A stretch of 64,000 nt of DNA from Candidatus Omnitrophota bacterium. GTDB taxonomy: Bacteria; Omnitrophota; Gorgyraeia; 2-01-FULL-45-10. A program made the translations under genes and the position numbers. The stretch covers positions 108,078-172,077 of the forward strand of contig JAPLME010000006.1 of assembly GCA_026387175.1 (NCBI GenBank). The letters run 5' to 3'. Shown here piece after piece: positions 1 to 9,539 of this stretch; positions within the stretch are counted from its first letter, which is position 1; every line of letters starts with the position of its first letter. The notes below the pieces were generated by a model. The model was not told the DNA's origin. It did no database searches and saw nothing but the letters and a program-made list of their open reading frames with translations.

Positions 1-983
1 ACGATATTATAGGTAAGCAATCTGATCCGATGTTCTTTTATTATAGCCGTCGCGGATTCTATCTGGCCTATGGTCACCTCTTTCTTCAGGATGTCGTTCC
101 TCATATGATCGTCCCCCGATTCGATGCCGAGCCTTATCGAAAAACACCCTGCGCCCTTCATCTTTTTCACAAGGTCCCGCGTTACAAGGTTCGCCCGCGC
201 GGTGCAGCTGAACGGCAGGCCTATCTCATTTTTATAAATACCGAGGAACTCATCCACCCACTGTTTGGACAGTATAAATGTATCGTCAAGAAAGAAGATG
301 TGCCCCAGCCCGGGATTCTCTGTCTTCAAGGCCCTGATCTCATCGATAACATGCCTGACGCTGCGCCGCCTGATCACTTTCCCGTTGTTCCGGTACATAT
401 CGTTATACAGCTTATTGAAACAGAAAGAGCACTGGAAGGGGCAGCCCCTGGCGGTAAGCATGTGCCTGTGTTTCTGTTCTTTGAAAAACCCGTATTTGTC
501 ATAGATGCCTCTGTCCGGATACGGAATCGAATCCAGATCGTCTATCAGAGGCCTGAGGCCGTTGGTATATATACGTCCGTCTTTTTTTACCACAAGGTTC
601 CTGATACCGGTTATATCTTTTCCGGATTCCATCGCGTTGACGATGTCCAGTATCGCGCCCTCCCCCTCTCCGCGACAGATGATATCGAATGACGGGTCCT
701 TTGCGATATCAGGGTAGAATGTGGGGTGCGCTCCTCCGCATATTATCGGCGCATCGATACGTGCCTTGACCTTCCGGGCAAGTTCGGACATCCAGGAATA
801 TTCGCCTGTGGTTATCGAAAAAGCTATGATGTCCGGCCGGCATTCCTCGGCCTTCTTTATCAGGTCCTTTTCAAGGCTCTCGATGAGAACGTCGGCCCCG
901 TGCCCCGCTTTTTTCAGCACGGCCGACAAGGTCGCGATACCGAGCTTTACAAAAGGGTCCCTCTGTAAAAAAAGTACTTTCAT
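1..983 (-). CDS. Cobalamin-binding radical SAM enzyme (3' end beyond window; absent from ORF track)
   Basis: Manual translation from ATG at 983 (ATGA overlap with stop of 980..2359): MKVLFLQRDPFVKLGIATLSAVLKKAGH...GGAHPTFYP...CRGEGE...TARGCPFQCSFC...LGIESG; frame stays open to the window edge. Confidence 0.9.
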   Translation of the reverse strand, partial: MKVLFLQRDPFVKLGIATLSAVLKKAGHGADVLIESLEKDLIKKAEECRPDIIAFSITTGEYSWMSELARKVKARIDAPIICGGAHPTFYPDIAKDPSFDIICRGEGEGAILDIVNAMESGKDITGIRNLVVKKDGRIYTNGLRPLIDDLDSIPYPDRGIYDKYGFFKEQKHRHMLTARGCPFQCSFCFNKLYNDMYRNNGKVIRRRSVRHVIDEIRALKTENPGLGHIFFLDDTFILSKQWVDEFLGIYKNEIGLPFSCTARANLVTRDLVKKMKGAGCFSIRLGIESGDDHMRNDILKKEVTIGQIESATAIIKEHRIRLLTYNI

Positions 984-2359
984 TCCAGCTCCCATAACAT
1001 CGAAAGGCACTTCTGCATCATACCGAGGCCGTGGCGAAAAGCCTTCATCTTGGATTTACCGCTGATCCTCTTCTTATAGTGAACGGGCATCTCGGCCATC
1101 TTCAATCTCAGCTTTGCGGCTCCATACAGAAGATCAAAGTCGCCCCACTTGCAGTCCTTCATCTCGATATGCCGGTAATGACGCTTCAGGAGCGCCTTGG
1201 TGCCGCAGAGCGTATCGGTATTACGCTGCCCCATTATGATGCTCATCATGATGCCGAACATCTTGTTACCGATATAATTGGCGAACTTCATCGCCTCTTT
1301 CTCCATCGGGTATACCATCCTGGTGCCGTTCACGAACTCAGCGGTCCCGTCGGCGATGGCATTGAAGAACTTGGGGATATCTTCCGGCATTACGGCCATA
1401 TCGGCGTCCAGTATCATAAGCACATCGCCTTTCGCGCTTTCAAAACCCGTGCGCACGGCGTTCCCCTTACCAAGGTTCTTCTCTATGCGTACCACCCTGA
1501 CACCCTCGATCTCTTTCGCCATCTTCCGGGCTATATCATACGTCCTGTCCGTCGACCCGTCATCGACGATGAGGATCTCCGTCTGCGCCCCGACTCTGGG
1601 CACCCTCCTCACGCACTCCTCAACATTGCCCTCCTCGTTATGGCACGGCACTATGACGGAGCACGACAGCTTGTCCCTTTTCGAAAGGCGCTGCCGTTTT
1701 CGGCAGACCGCATATTGGACAAAGGATATATTATTTATAACAAAGACTCGCGGTATGATCTTATTGATGATCTTCGATATCAGCGGGATCCGGACCGGAA
1801 GGGCCAATCTGAACCCTTTCTCGGAAATATCGTAATCCGCCACTTCCAGTATATTGCATATGTCCCTGAGCGTGACAAAATTACGGGGCGCATCCGGCGT
1901 CCTCAACCCAAGCTTCGCGCCCAGCCGTATCACGGGGGCCCACAGGGGATTTATATTATTGATCAATATTTTCGTATCATCGCCGGCCCATTCTCTCAGC
2001 CGGCCGAAGAACAGGCACAGGTCCTCGGTATAATCCAGAAGATTGGAGAGTATTATGTAATCGAAATCCTGCCTCGGTTCGAGCGTCCATATGTCCCCTT
2101 TCACAAGATCCAGGTCCGGATGCTTCTTCTTTGCGGCCTCTATCATATTCCCGCTTATGTCCATACCGAATCCATACAACGGCTTTACGGCAGCCAGTAG
2201 GCTCCCCGTCGCACAACCGACCTCCAGTACCCGCGAATCCGGCGGTATGATCTGGCAGTAAAACCTTGTCACCTGGTCGTGGTAGTACCCGTTCTTCCTT
2301 TTGTAAGAATCGTAATTATCGGCTATGGAATCGAAATGCTTGCGAACCTGATCAATCAT
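980..2359 (-). CDS. Class I SAM methyltransferase fused to GT2 (polyprenol-phosphate/DPM-synthase-like) glycosyltransferase
   Basis: N-half VLEVGCATG; C-half SVIVPCHNEE, VDDGS, GKGNA, ILDAD, DTLCGTK. Confidence 0.85.
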   Translation of the reverse strand: MIDQVRKHFDSIADNYDSYKRKNGYYHDQVTRFYCQIIPPDSRVLEVGCATGSLLAAVKPLYGFGMDISGNMIEAAKKKHPDLDLVKGDIWTLEPRQDFDYIILSNLLDYTEDLCLFFGRLREWAGDDTKILINNINPLWAPVIRLGAKLGLRTPDAPRNFVTLRDICNILEVADYDISEKGFRLALPVRIPLISKIINKIIPRVFVINNISFVQYAVCRKRQRLSKRDKLSCSVIVPCHNEEGNVEECVRRVPRVGAQTEILIVDDGSTDRTYDIARKMAKEIEGVRVVRIEKNLGKGNAVRTGFESAKGDVLMILDADMAVMPEDIPKFFNAIADGTAEFVNGTRMVYPMEKEAMKFANYIGNKMFGIMMSIIMGQRNTDTLCGTKALLKRHYRHIEMKDCKWGDFDLLYGAAKLRLKMAEMPVHYKKRISGKSKMKAFRHGLGMMQKCLSMLWELE

Positions 2360-3014
2360 TTTTCCTGTATTCTCCTATGCAGTAGAAGCCCAGATCAACC
2401 GGAACATATGCGGGAAATACGCGCGTTCCGCAAAGAGACATCTGTTTATCCAGCGCCCCGAGTATCGAGCTGTGGCTATTCGGGTGTATCTCATCATCAT
2501 CGCGGCCAATGAGCTTAAAGAGCATCTTTGTCACCGCATTCTTTACGGGAAAACCCGCAACCAGGCAACCGCCTTTTTTTATCACTCGCTTCATCTCGCT
2601 GATCGCGTCGCCAAGCTTGACCACATGTTCCAGCACGCTCATGCAGACGACCGTATCAAAGCTCCCGTTCTTGTATGGCAGGCGCAGAATATCCGCCCTG
2701 CTGAAGCCGATCCGTTTCAGGCCCTCCTTTTCCATCGCGCTCTTCACCCTTCCGAGGAGCGGATGGATATCCATCGCATGGAGATCTTTAGCCCTGCGCG
2801 AAAGGGCCGGCAGAAATAATCCGTAACCGCATCCTATCTCCAGCACCTTATCGGACTCCGGCATCCGCGGCAGCGCCATCTTGTAGCGGTGACGGTAAAC
2901 CAGGCCGTAAAGAGGGTGATAGACGAGCTGCGCGAGCAGATCGAGCTCTTCATCTCCCCACGCTTCCTGATAATGCCGATGATCGGGCAGTTTAAAACGC
3001 TGTTTATTCATCAT
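2352..3014 (-). CDS. Class I SAM-dependent methyltransferase
   Basis: VLEIGCGYG, ADILRLPY..SFD, SVLEHV. Confidence 0.85.
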   Translation of the reverse strand: MMNKQRFKLPDHRHYQEAWGDEELDLLAQLVYHPLYGLVYRHRYKMALPRMPESDKVLEIGCGYGLFLPALSRRAKDLHAMDIHPLLGRVKSAMEKEGLKRIGFSRADILRLPYKNGSFDTVVCMSVLEHVVKLGDAISEMKRVIKKGGCLVAGFPVKNAVTKMLFKLIGRDDDEIHPNSHSSILGALDKQMSLCGTRVFPAYVPVDLGFYCIGEYRKND

Positions 3015-3742
3015 ATAGAAGGGCGAACAGCCTTTATGTACAACGAACCTGAGAACTCGCGCAGAATCGGAGTTGCCTCGAACATACGTCCCATCGCCGA
3101 AACCATACCGATCAAGGACCGGGGCACATACGGATGCAGCCAGTCAAAAGGCGCTATCTCGATCTCCCTAAAGCCCGATTCCCGCAATGTCTTCCTTAAC
3201 TTCCATCGGACAAATGCGGTCTCATTCGGCGAAACTTTAGGAAATAGGCCGCGGAACCTGCGCTCGGCCCAAACTTGCGGATTGAGCATATTGGGTTCGG
3301 TAAAACTGATTATACCATTAGGCTTCAGCAGTCGGAAAATTACTTTGAGCGCTTCCTGGAGATCAAGATGATGTAAGATCGAAGAGCCGATGATCGCGTC
3401 GAACGGGCCGTCCATATCGCAATCCTCAAATCGCCTTTTCACAAAGCGGACCCTGTCTTCCGGCAAATGCCGCGCCCTTGCCTTATTCAGCAGATCTTCC
3501 GAAATATCGACGGCCACTATACAGGCCCCTTTTTTGGCAAAGATCTCGGTGAAGAGCCCTGTGCCGCAACCGATCTCCAGGACACGCGCGCCCGGACGAA
3601 GCCGCGCGCCGGAGGCCACCATCTCCGCGCGCCGTTCGGCGCGCAAACGGCCGGCCGGCGTGGCCCATCCCCAGAGCAGTTCGGTATCGCCTTCGGCGAG
3701 ATATTTTCCATGTTCTATCTCGTGAGCGGCCCGTGTATTCAT
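3011..3742 (-). CDS. Class I SAM-dependent methyltransferase (start moved to ATG 3742, MNTRAAHE)
   Basis: VLEIGCGTG, VDIS, SILHHL, EPN; ATGA overlap with stop of upstream gene. Confidence 0.85.
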   Translation of the reverse strand: MNTRAAHEIEHGKYLAEGDTELLWGWATPAGRLRAERRAEMVASGARLRPGARVLEIGCGTGLFTEIFAKKGACIVAVDISEDLLNKARARHLPEDRVRFVKRRFEDCDMDGPFDAIIGSSILHHLDLQEALKVIFRLLKPNGIISFTEPNMLNPQVWAERRFRGLFPKVSPNETAFVRWKLRKTLRESGFREIEIAPFDWLHPYVPRSLIGMVSAMGRMFEATPILREFSGSLYIKAVRPSI

Positions 3743-4986
3743 GCGTGAGACCTCGGAGCCAGAGCGCGTATGCCATCTATTATCATAAGTATACCGCCCG
3801 CCGTAAATACTAACAGGAGCGGCTCTACCGACCAACGATGCCGTGCCTCTACGAAATAGAGCGAATGCGTGAACGTGAGCGCGGCGAAGAAGAGGCAGAT
3901 CAGGACAATGGCCGGCTTTTCGCCTTTCTTCGAAACGAATAGACGATAGAAGATCGAGAGAAGCGCCGGAAGGAGAATGGCGAGGTAGTATATCTTATAT
4001 AGGCCCATCCACCGTTTCGGGTAAAGCCCTCCCTGGTGCGGGGAAAAATACCAGAAATAGCCCATCTTTTTGATTATCCTCTTAATGAATCCCATCGGAT
4101 CATCTTTGAAATAACCGACCGTGAGTTTTTTAAGGTACTCTCCCTGCTCCAGCTCGTTCATCTTATAAAACTCTTCCGGAAGCTCCGAAGCCATCTTATC
4201 CACCGTCGTGACATTATCCTCGATATAGAGGGAGCCCGTCGTCCCGGGCGCGTTGCCGCACCAGAGGGCCTCCCATTTATTGGTCTGAAGCAGGACCGGT
4301 TTCCCGAAGACGATCCAGTTCCTGACGATCCACGGAGACAGGATGGCCCCGCTTATCGCCAATATGGCGAATGTCAATGACAACCACTTCCGCAGGGCTT
4401 CATGCGACACGATACAGAACCATGCAAGACCGAGGACCAGGAACGGCAGGGTGGTGAACCTGAAGTTGATCGCCAGCCCGGCGGCGATCCCGACAAATGC
4501 CGCGTTTCTTAAGTCCGGCCTTTCTTTCAGGCGGATGAGCGACCAGGTCAGAAGTATGAACAGGAAAGAATAGACGTTCATAGCATGCAGTTTCGATGTC
4601 GAATAGACGATGAACGGCGGATAGAGCGCCGCGAGGGCCGCGGCAATGATCGCGGCCTTTCTGTCAAATATGCTCCGCGCAATCAGAAAGATCGGCGCAG
4701 ATATAAGCGACGTCACCACGATCTGTATAAAAACGACATAGAGCGGGTTATGTCCGAATAATTTATATATGGTGAAACACAGGAGTATGTATCCGGGGGC
4801 CTCTAGGCCGTAATAATTTGTATGAAAATGCCTGTAATAAAACCCTCCCCCGTTCAGCATGTTATTGACTATCGATTCGTATTCGAAGAGGCCCGGTTTC
4901 ATATAGACGCCTGAACCGAATAAGAAGACGAGCTTCACCACGATCGAAAGGATCACCAGGAGCGCTATTATATTCTTATCACGCAT
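3739..4986 (-). CDS. Multi-TM GT-C fold glycosyltransferase (ArnT/PMT_2-like)
   Basis: Many hydrophobic helices, PGY after first loop, AALYP, PWIVRNW, terminal ARHR..VEP. Confidence 0.7.
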   Translation of the reverse strand: MRDKNIIALLVILSIVVKLVFLFGSGVYMKPGLFEYESIVNNMLNGGGFYYRHFHTNYYGLEAPGYILLCFTIYKLFGHNPLYVVFIQIVVTSLISAPIFLIARSIFDRKAAIIAAALAALYPPFIVYSTSKLHAMNVYSFLFILLTWSLIRLKERPDLRNAAFVGIAAGLAINFRFTTLPFLVLGLAWFCIVSHEALRKWLSLTFAILAISGAILSPWIVRNWIVFGKPVLLQTNKWEALWCGNAPGTTGSLYIEDNVTTVDKMASELPEEFYKMNELEQGEYLKKLTVGYFKDDPMGFIKRIIKKMGYFWYFSPHQGGLYPKRWMGLYKIYYLAILLPALLSIFYRLFVSKKGEKPAIVLICLFFAALTFTHSLYFVEARHRWSVEPLLLVFTAGGILMIIDGIRALAPRSHA

Positions 4987-4995
4987 GCTATGGCC

Positions 4996-5910
4996 TCACC
5001 GGTACACTATCCTGTATCTTAAAAGCGCCGCGGCAAGGCTTACGTACGCCTTGTAGTTCATGGGATCTTCCTTGATGGCCCTGAGATACCATCTCCGGCT
5101 CGCCCTGAAATCGCGGTTATGATGATGCATCCTGCCTCCTGCGATCATAACGGACGCCCGGCGCTTCCGTACCATCGCATCGATCCCATCCTGTGATCTG
5201 TCGATCCGGGCAAAGTTCCTGTCGAGGAGCTTTAAAGTATTGACGGCATTGGATTCCGCGCTTCGTAAAAAGGCCCCCGTCTCCGTCACCCTGTAAAACG
5301 CAAGTGAATCCGGCAGGAAATGGAATCGGTATCTCTGCGATAATCGCATCCAGTAATCATAGTCCTCTATCGTAAAAAGCTCTTTGTCTTCGGAGTATTT
5401 CATGCCGTCGTCGAAGACGATCTTCCTCCGGAGGACGACCGCCGAAGAGTGCATGCAATTGCCTTTGAAGAGCAGCTTATTATACATGTTATCCGCGAGC
5501 GGGCCGAACGAAGTATGCCTTAATACCTTTCCGTTGTAGACCACGGCCTCATTATGAAAAACGAGATCGACGCCGGGGTTCTCATCGAGTATCTCCCTGC
5601 AGCGCGCAAGCTTATCTTCGCGCCAGGTATCATCCCCGTCGAGAAGAGCGATATATTTGCCGCGGGCAAGGCTCATACCCCTGTTCCTGCCGCATGCGGG
5701 CAGACCGCTGTTCTCCTGATAAAAATATTTAACTCTTTTATCGTCGATCCCGGCAATGATCTCCCTGGTATCATCTTTAGAGCCATCGTCGAAGACGATG
5801 ACCTCGAGGTCGGCAAAAGTCTGTTTAAGGACGGACCTGACCGTTTCCTCTATATACTTGCCGTGATTATATGCCGCTATTACTACGCTGATCTCAGGCA
5901 CCTTTTCCAC
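4996..5910 (-). CDS. GT2 family glycosyltransferase
   Basis: ISVVIAAYN, DDGS, RN.G, LLDGDD, EDYDYW. Confidence 0.9.
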   Translation of the reverse strand: MEKVPEISVVIAAYNHGKYIEETVRSVLKQTFADLEVIVFDDGSKDDTREIIAGIDDKRVKYFYQENSGLPACGRNRGMSLARGKYIALLDGDDTWREDKLARCREILDENPGVDLVFHNEAVVYNGKVLRHTSFGPLADNMYNKLLFKGNCMHSSAVVLRRKIVFDDGMKYSEDKELFTIEDYDYWMRLSQRYRFHFLPDSLAFYRVTETGAFLRSAESNAVNTLKLLDRNFARIDRSQDGIDAMVRKRRASVMIAGGRMHHHNRDFRASRRWYLRAIKEDPMNYKAYVSLAAALLRYRIVYR

Positions 5911-6805
5911 AGCGTTCCTTTCTCATGGCCTTCATGGACAAAAGACCTTCCCGCAACCCCAGAGACACGAACCCTATCTCGCTCTCGATCTTCTCTGTGC
6001 GGTATGACGTGTTCTTCGGTCTCGGCGCTATATTCGGAAAGAAACTGCTATCGACGGGCTTGATCAGGCGCGCATCCAGCCCGAACACATCCGCAATGAG
6101 AAGCGCATAATCATAACGGCTGACTATGTCCCGCCCCGCGATATGATAAGTCCCCTTCTTGTCCATTTCGAGAAGCGACCAGATCGCTTCGGCGCAATTA
6201 TAGGCGCACAACGGATTATCGTAAACATCCACGACCATATTGACGTCCTTGCCGGAGCCGAGGGAGTCGATCAGGGCCGTGACGAGGTTCTTCCTTTCGC
6301 CTTCGTGGTTCCATCCGTACATCAGTATCGGCCTGACGATGATATTGTCCTCTAACGCTTTCTTGACCATGATCTCGCAATCTAATTTCATGGCTCCGTA
6401 TTTATTGATCGGGTTGACCTTGTCGTTCTCTCCGTAAGGGGCATGCTCCCCGTCAAAAACGGCATTGGTCGATATATATACAAGCTTTGCCTTTGCTTTT
6501 TCGCACAGTTCGACGATATTCTTTGTCCCCAGCACATTGGACCGGTATGCAAGGTCATAATGCCTCTCGCAAAAATCGACATCCGCCGCGCCTGCAGTAT
6601 GGATGACGGCGTCGATCTTCTTCGCCAGGAATACCGCCTCGAGCGCGCCGCGATCCTGCACGTCCGCCGGATAATACGTTATGTCGGGCCCGTTCGCCAT
6701 CCCATACTTGCCCAAATAGACGCCGGCGACCTTATGCGAAGGTTTTTTTGTATCGATGAGCGCCCTGCCCAACAGCCCCGTAGCGCCGGTTATCAAAATA
6801 TTCAT
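5894..6805 (-). CDS. dTDP-4-dehydrorhamnose reductase (RmlD/RfbD)-family SDR
   Basis: GATGLLG, AADVDFCE, ISTNAVFDG, YGAMK (YxxxK), APRP. Confidence 0.8.
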   Translation of the reverse strand: MNILITGATGLLGRALIDTKKPSHKVAGVYLGKYGMANGPDITYYPADVQDRGALEAVFLAKKIDAVIHTAGAADVDFCERHYDLAYRSNVLGTKNIVELCEKAKAKLVYISTNAVFDGEHAPYGENDKVNPINKYGAMKLDCEIMVKKALEDNIIVRPILMYGWNHEGERKNLVTALIDSLGSGKDVNMVVDVYDNPLCAYNCAEAIWSLLEMDKKGTYHIAGRDIVSRYDYALLIADVFGLDARLIKPVDSSFFPNIAPRPKNTSYRTEKIESEIGFVSLGLREGLLSMKAMRKERCGKGA

Positions 6806-7863
6806 CTCTGTCCTTTTAAAAAATATCTCAACTTCTTCAGCATGGCACCGCGTCTTGTCGGCGCACCCAGGCAGTGCTGACAGGCGGTAGGAAGGGGCGT
6901 CCCCTTATTCCTGATATTATCCAGCAACGGCGCGCTCTTCTCCAGTATCGCTCCGAGCGTATCTTTCTGGATATTTCCAAGCGAGACTTTACCATCATAC
7001 GCCATGCAGCATGGAACGACATCGCCGCTTGACAGCACCCCCAATATCCTGCTATTGCACGGCCTGGCTTTTTTCACAGGATAGAATTTCTCAATCCTCC
7101 GGCCGTAAATGAAAGGCTTTATCTTCAACGAAATATTATCAGCAACTCTCAACCCCGGCTCCAGCATATAATTCGCACTAACATCTGCAAGATAACCATC
7201 GACAAGGTCGGCGTCGTATCGGTACGAGGGGATCCAAGCCTGCATCTCCCGTAAGAAGCCTTTGCTGTCGATCTTCAGGTCTTTTACAGTATCATATACG
7301 GAAGGATCACCCTGCTCAAGTCCAAGCAGCTGCTTCAATCTGCCGGTCCCGGATATAAAATTGCATGCAATATCAACGGTGACGTTCGAGGTGGTGTTGC
7401 GGACCGCTTTCAGGAATGCAAATATCCCATCCTTGTATTGCTGAAAATCGTATCCTGTCTTACGAACGCGGGAGAACAATCCGGCGCTCAATACCTGCAG
7501 CGACACCTTGATATATTCCGGGCGGGCATCGATTAGCCTATCTATCACCTCTTTTGAATTGAAAAGAAGTCCGTTCGTTACGATCATCACGGGCACCTTG
7601 CGCCCCCTGGCGTAACTGATGAAAGAATATATACGCTGATCGAGCAATGGTTCATTGAACTGGCTAAGGCAGAGATGCCGAAACTCTTCCGTCACACATA
7701 TCGAATCAATGACGCTGAACACGGCCTTATCCGGCAAGATACTGGCCTTATCGCGCCGTAGCGGATAACCGCAAAAATCGCAGTTCATATTGCAAAGGGA
7801 CATTGTCTCGAGTTGGAGGATGGAGAACCCGTATCGCGTTATGTCAACTTGCTGAAGGCTCAT
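6802..7863 (-). CDS. Radical SAM enzyme with twitch/SPASM domain (start moved to ATG 7863)
   Basis: CNMNCDFC, NEPLL, TNG; C-terminal C..GDVVPCC..LGNI..CQHC; GGAGG RBS upstream. Confidence 0.85.
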   Translation of the reverse strand: MSLQQVDITRYGFSILQLETMSLCNMNCDFCGYPLRRDKASILPDKAVFSVIDSICVTEEFRHLCLSQFNEPLLDQRIYSFISYARGRKVPVMIVTNGLLFNSKEVIDRLIDARPEYIKVSLQVLSAGLFSRVRKTGYDFQQYKDGIFAFLKAVRNTTSNVTVDIACNFISGTGRLKQLLGLEQGDPSVYDTVKDLKIDSKGFLREMQAWIPSYRYDADLVDGYLADVSANYMLEPGLRVADNISLKIKPFIYGRRIEKFYPVKKARPCNSRILGVLSSGDVVPCCMAYDGKVSLGNIQKDTLGAILEKSAPLLDNIRNKGTPLPTACQHCLGAPTRRGAMLKKLRYFLKGQR

Positions 7864-8945
7864 CCGGCCCTCCTGTTGCGCAAACAGTGAAGCAGCCACG
7901 TAGCGCGGGTATAAAAGTGATGGTCGTGCAGCATCATATCCACCCTGCGTGAAACCGCGCCTGACAGGGAATTTTCACGCCACCGGATAAAACGCATATT
8001 TCTTTCGTATTCCCGCGGAAACGGCAGCGTCTTCTTTACCCGTGCACGCTTAAATATTCCTCTCGCCTTCCCATCCACATAAATCGGTTCCAGACCTTCT
8101 GCAACGCTTATCAATGCATTCCTTGAAAAATGGTACAGGTGAGCTATATGAAGTGAACCGAGATAACTACGGGTGGGGCTGTTATAATACTGGGCATTCT
8201 TGATGCTCGGCACCGATAGGAAGAGGATCCCGCTGTCCTTGAGAAGACCGCATGCCACCATGACCGCTGCCTTCGGATCTGCCAGATGCTCAAGCACATG
8301 GTTCATTATTACCAGGTCGAAGCGATCGCGGATATGCTTCATATCGTCGATGCCACCGTGGCGCAGATCAAGCCCTTTGTTAATGCTTCTGCCATACTCA
8401 AGATAGCTATCGTTTAGGTCATACCCCCGGACCTCAGCGCCTGCGTCCAGGAAGGAGGCCAATATTCCTCCGGCGGAACAACCGATCTCCATGACCGATT
8501 TACCCTTCAATGTAAACGCCTTGTAATGAGCACGGAGAAAATCCATTATGTACAACCCGTTCGTCCGCTGCGCCTTGAAATGCGCGGATATGCTTGACGT
8601 TCCGGAATTGAAATAGAGGTCTTGGTACTCCTTGCTGTAGAATTCTCTTAAAGAACGATCGTCGAGGCGGGGGTCTGTGCGTAATATACCGCAAGACTTG
8701 CAAATCACCGTATTCAAACTGAACCCGTAGCGGTCAGTTTCAGCGATAATCGCCGCATCGCCGGAACCGCACAGACATCGGCAGTGTTCAAGCGCATAGA
8801 TCCCGCTCCCGATCTTCTCCTGGATAGCATCCCGTAGCTTTATCTGTTCATCGCTTAACGGCAGGTGCGCTATGTTCGAGAATTGGTATTTCTTCGATAT
8901 TATTTTGCGATCGTGCGTGCTCATCTTATGACCCATTCGTTGCAA
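7860..8945 (-). CDS. Class I methyltransferase with N-terminal Zn-ribbon (start may be 8936 or 8924)
   Basis: CLCG..DRY..CKSCG..PR, EIGCSAGG, HVLEHL. Confidence 0.8.
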   Translation of the reverse strand: MQRMGHKMSTHDRKIISKKYQFSNIAHLPLSDEQIKLRDAIQEKIGSGIYALEHCRCLCGSGDAAIIAETDRYGFSLNTVICKSCGILRTDPRLDDRSLREFYSKEYQDLYFNSGTSSISAHFKAQRTNGLYIMDFLRAHYKAFTLKGKSVMEIGCSAGGILASFLDAGAEVRGYDLNDSYLEYGRSINKGLDLRHGGIDDMKHIRDRFDLVIMNHVLEHLADPKAAVMVACGLLKDSGILFLSVPSIKNAQYYNSPTRSYLGSLHIAHLYHFSRNALISVAEGLEPIYVDGKARGIFKRARVKKTLPFPREYERNMRFIRWRENSLSGAVSRRVDMMLHDHHFYTRATWLLHCLRNRRAG

Positions 8946-9539
8946 TTATGAAATTTTGGTTATATTTTCGCTATGCTTATAACTTTCTTCAAGCACATCG
9001 GCCACAGCCTTATCCCATTTATTCTGGGCCTTCAGTATGAGCCGTATCGCCTCTGCAACGGCACCTTCGCCGCCGTTCTTCTTCGTAATATAATCGGCGA
9101 CATCTTTCACCTCATCTACCGCGTCGTTTACCGCGATCGCAAGCCCGACGTTTTTCAAGATCGGGAGGTCCAGAAAATCGTCTCCCATATACGCTATAGA
9201 GTCCCGTGTTGCGCTATTATTCTTCATCACCTCATCCAGTGTCTCGAGCTTATTTATCCTGTCCAGATACAACTCATCTATCTTGATCTTGCTTGCCCGC
9301 TTAGACACCGCCTCGGAGGCCCTTCCCGATACCAGCACGATCTTAAGCCCTGCCGCCTTTGCTGCCCAGCAGGAAGACCCGTCATGTATGCAGAAGAGCC
9401 TCGTCTCGAAGAGCTTCTTCTTACCGAGATCGTCGTTACTCCAGATAACAAAAGGTTTCGTCATGACCCCGTCCGTATCTATGATGAGTATCTTGATCTT
9501 TACGATCTTCTCCCTCAACCTGCTGTCCATGCTATTCAT
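8946..9539 (-). CDS. kdsC: KdsC/YrbI-like HAD phosphatase (ulosonate-phosphate phosphatase)
   Basis: DTDGVMT, SGR, K, YMGDDFLDL, GGEGAV; start taken at ATG 9539 after G-rich RBS. Confidence 0.75.
   Translation of the reverse strand: MNSMDSRLREKIVKIKILIIDTDGVMTKPFVIWSNDDLGKKKLFETRLFCIHDGSSCWAAKAAGLKIVLVSGRASEAVSKRASKIKIDELYLDRINKLETLDEVMKNNSATRDSIAYMGDDFLDLPILKNVGLAIAVNDAVDEVKDVADYITKKNGGEGAVAEAIRLILKAQNKWDKAVADVLEESYKHSENITKIS

Noticed and set aside
6883-6890. GGCGGTAG ops-like octamer
   Set aside because: On the non-coding strand inside a CDS, not in a leader; no JUMPStart context.
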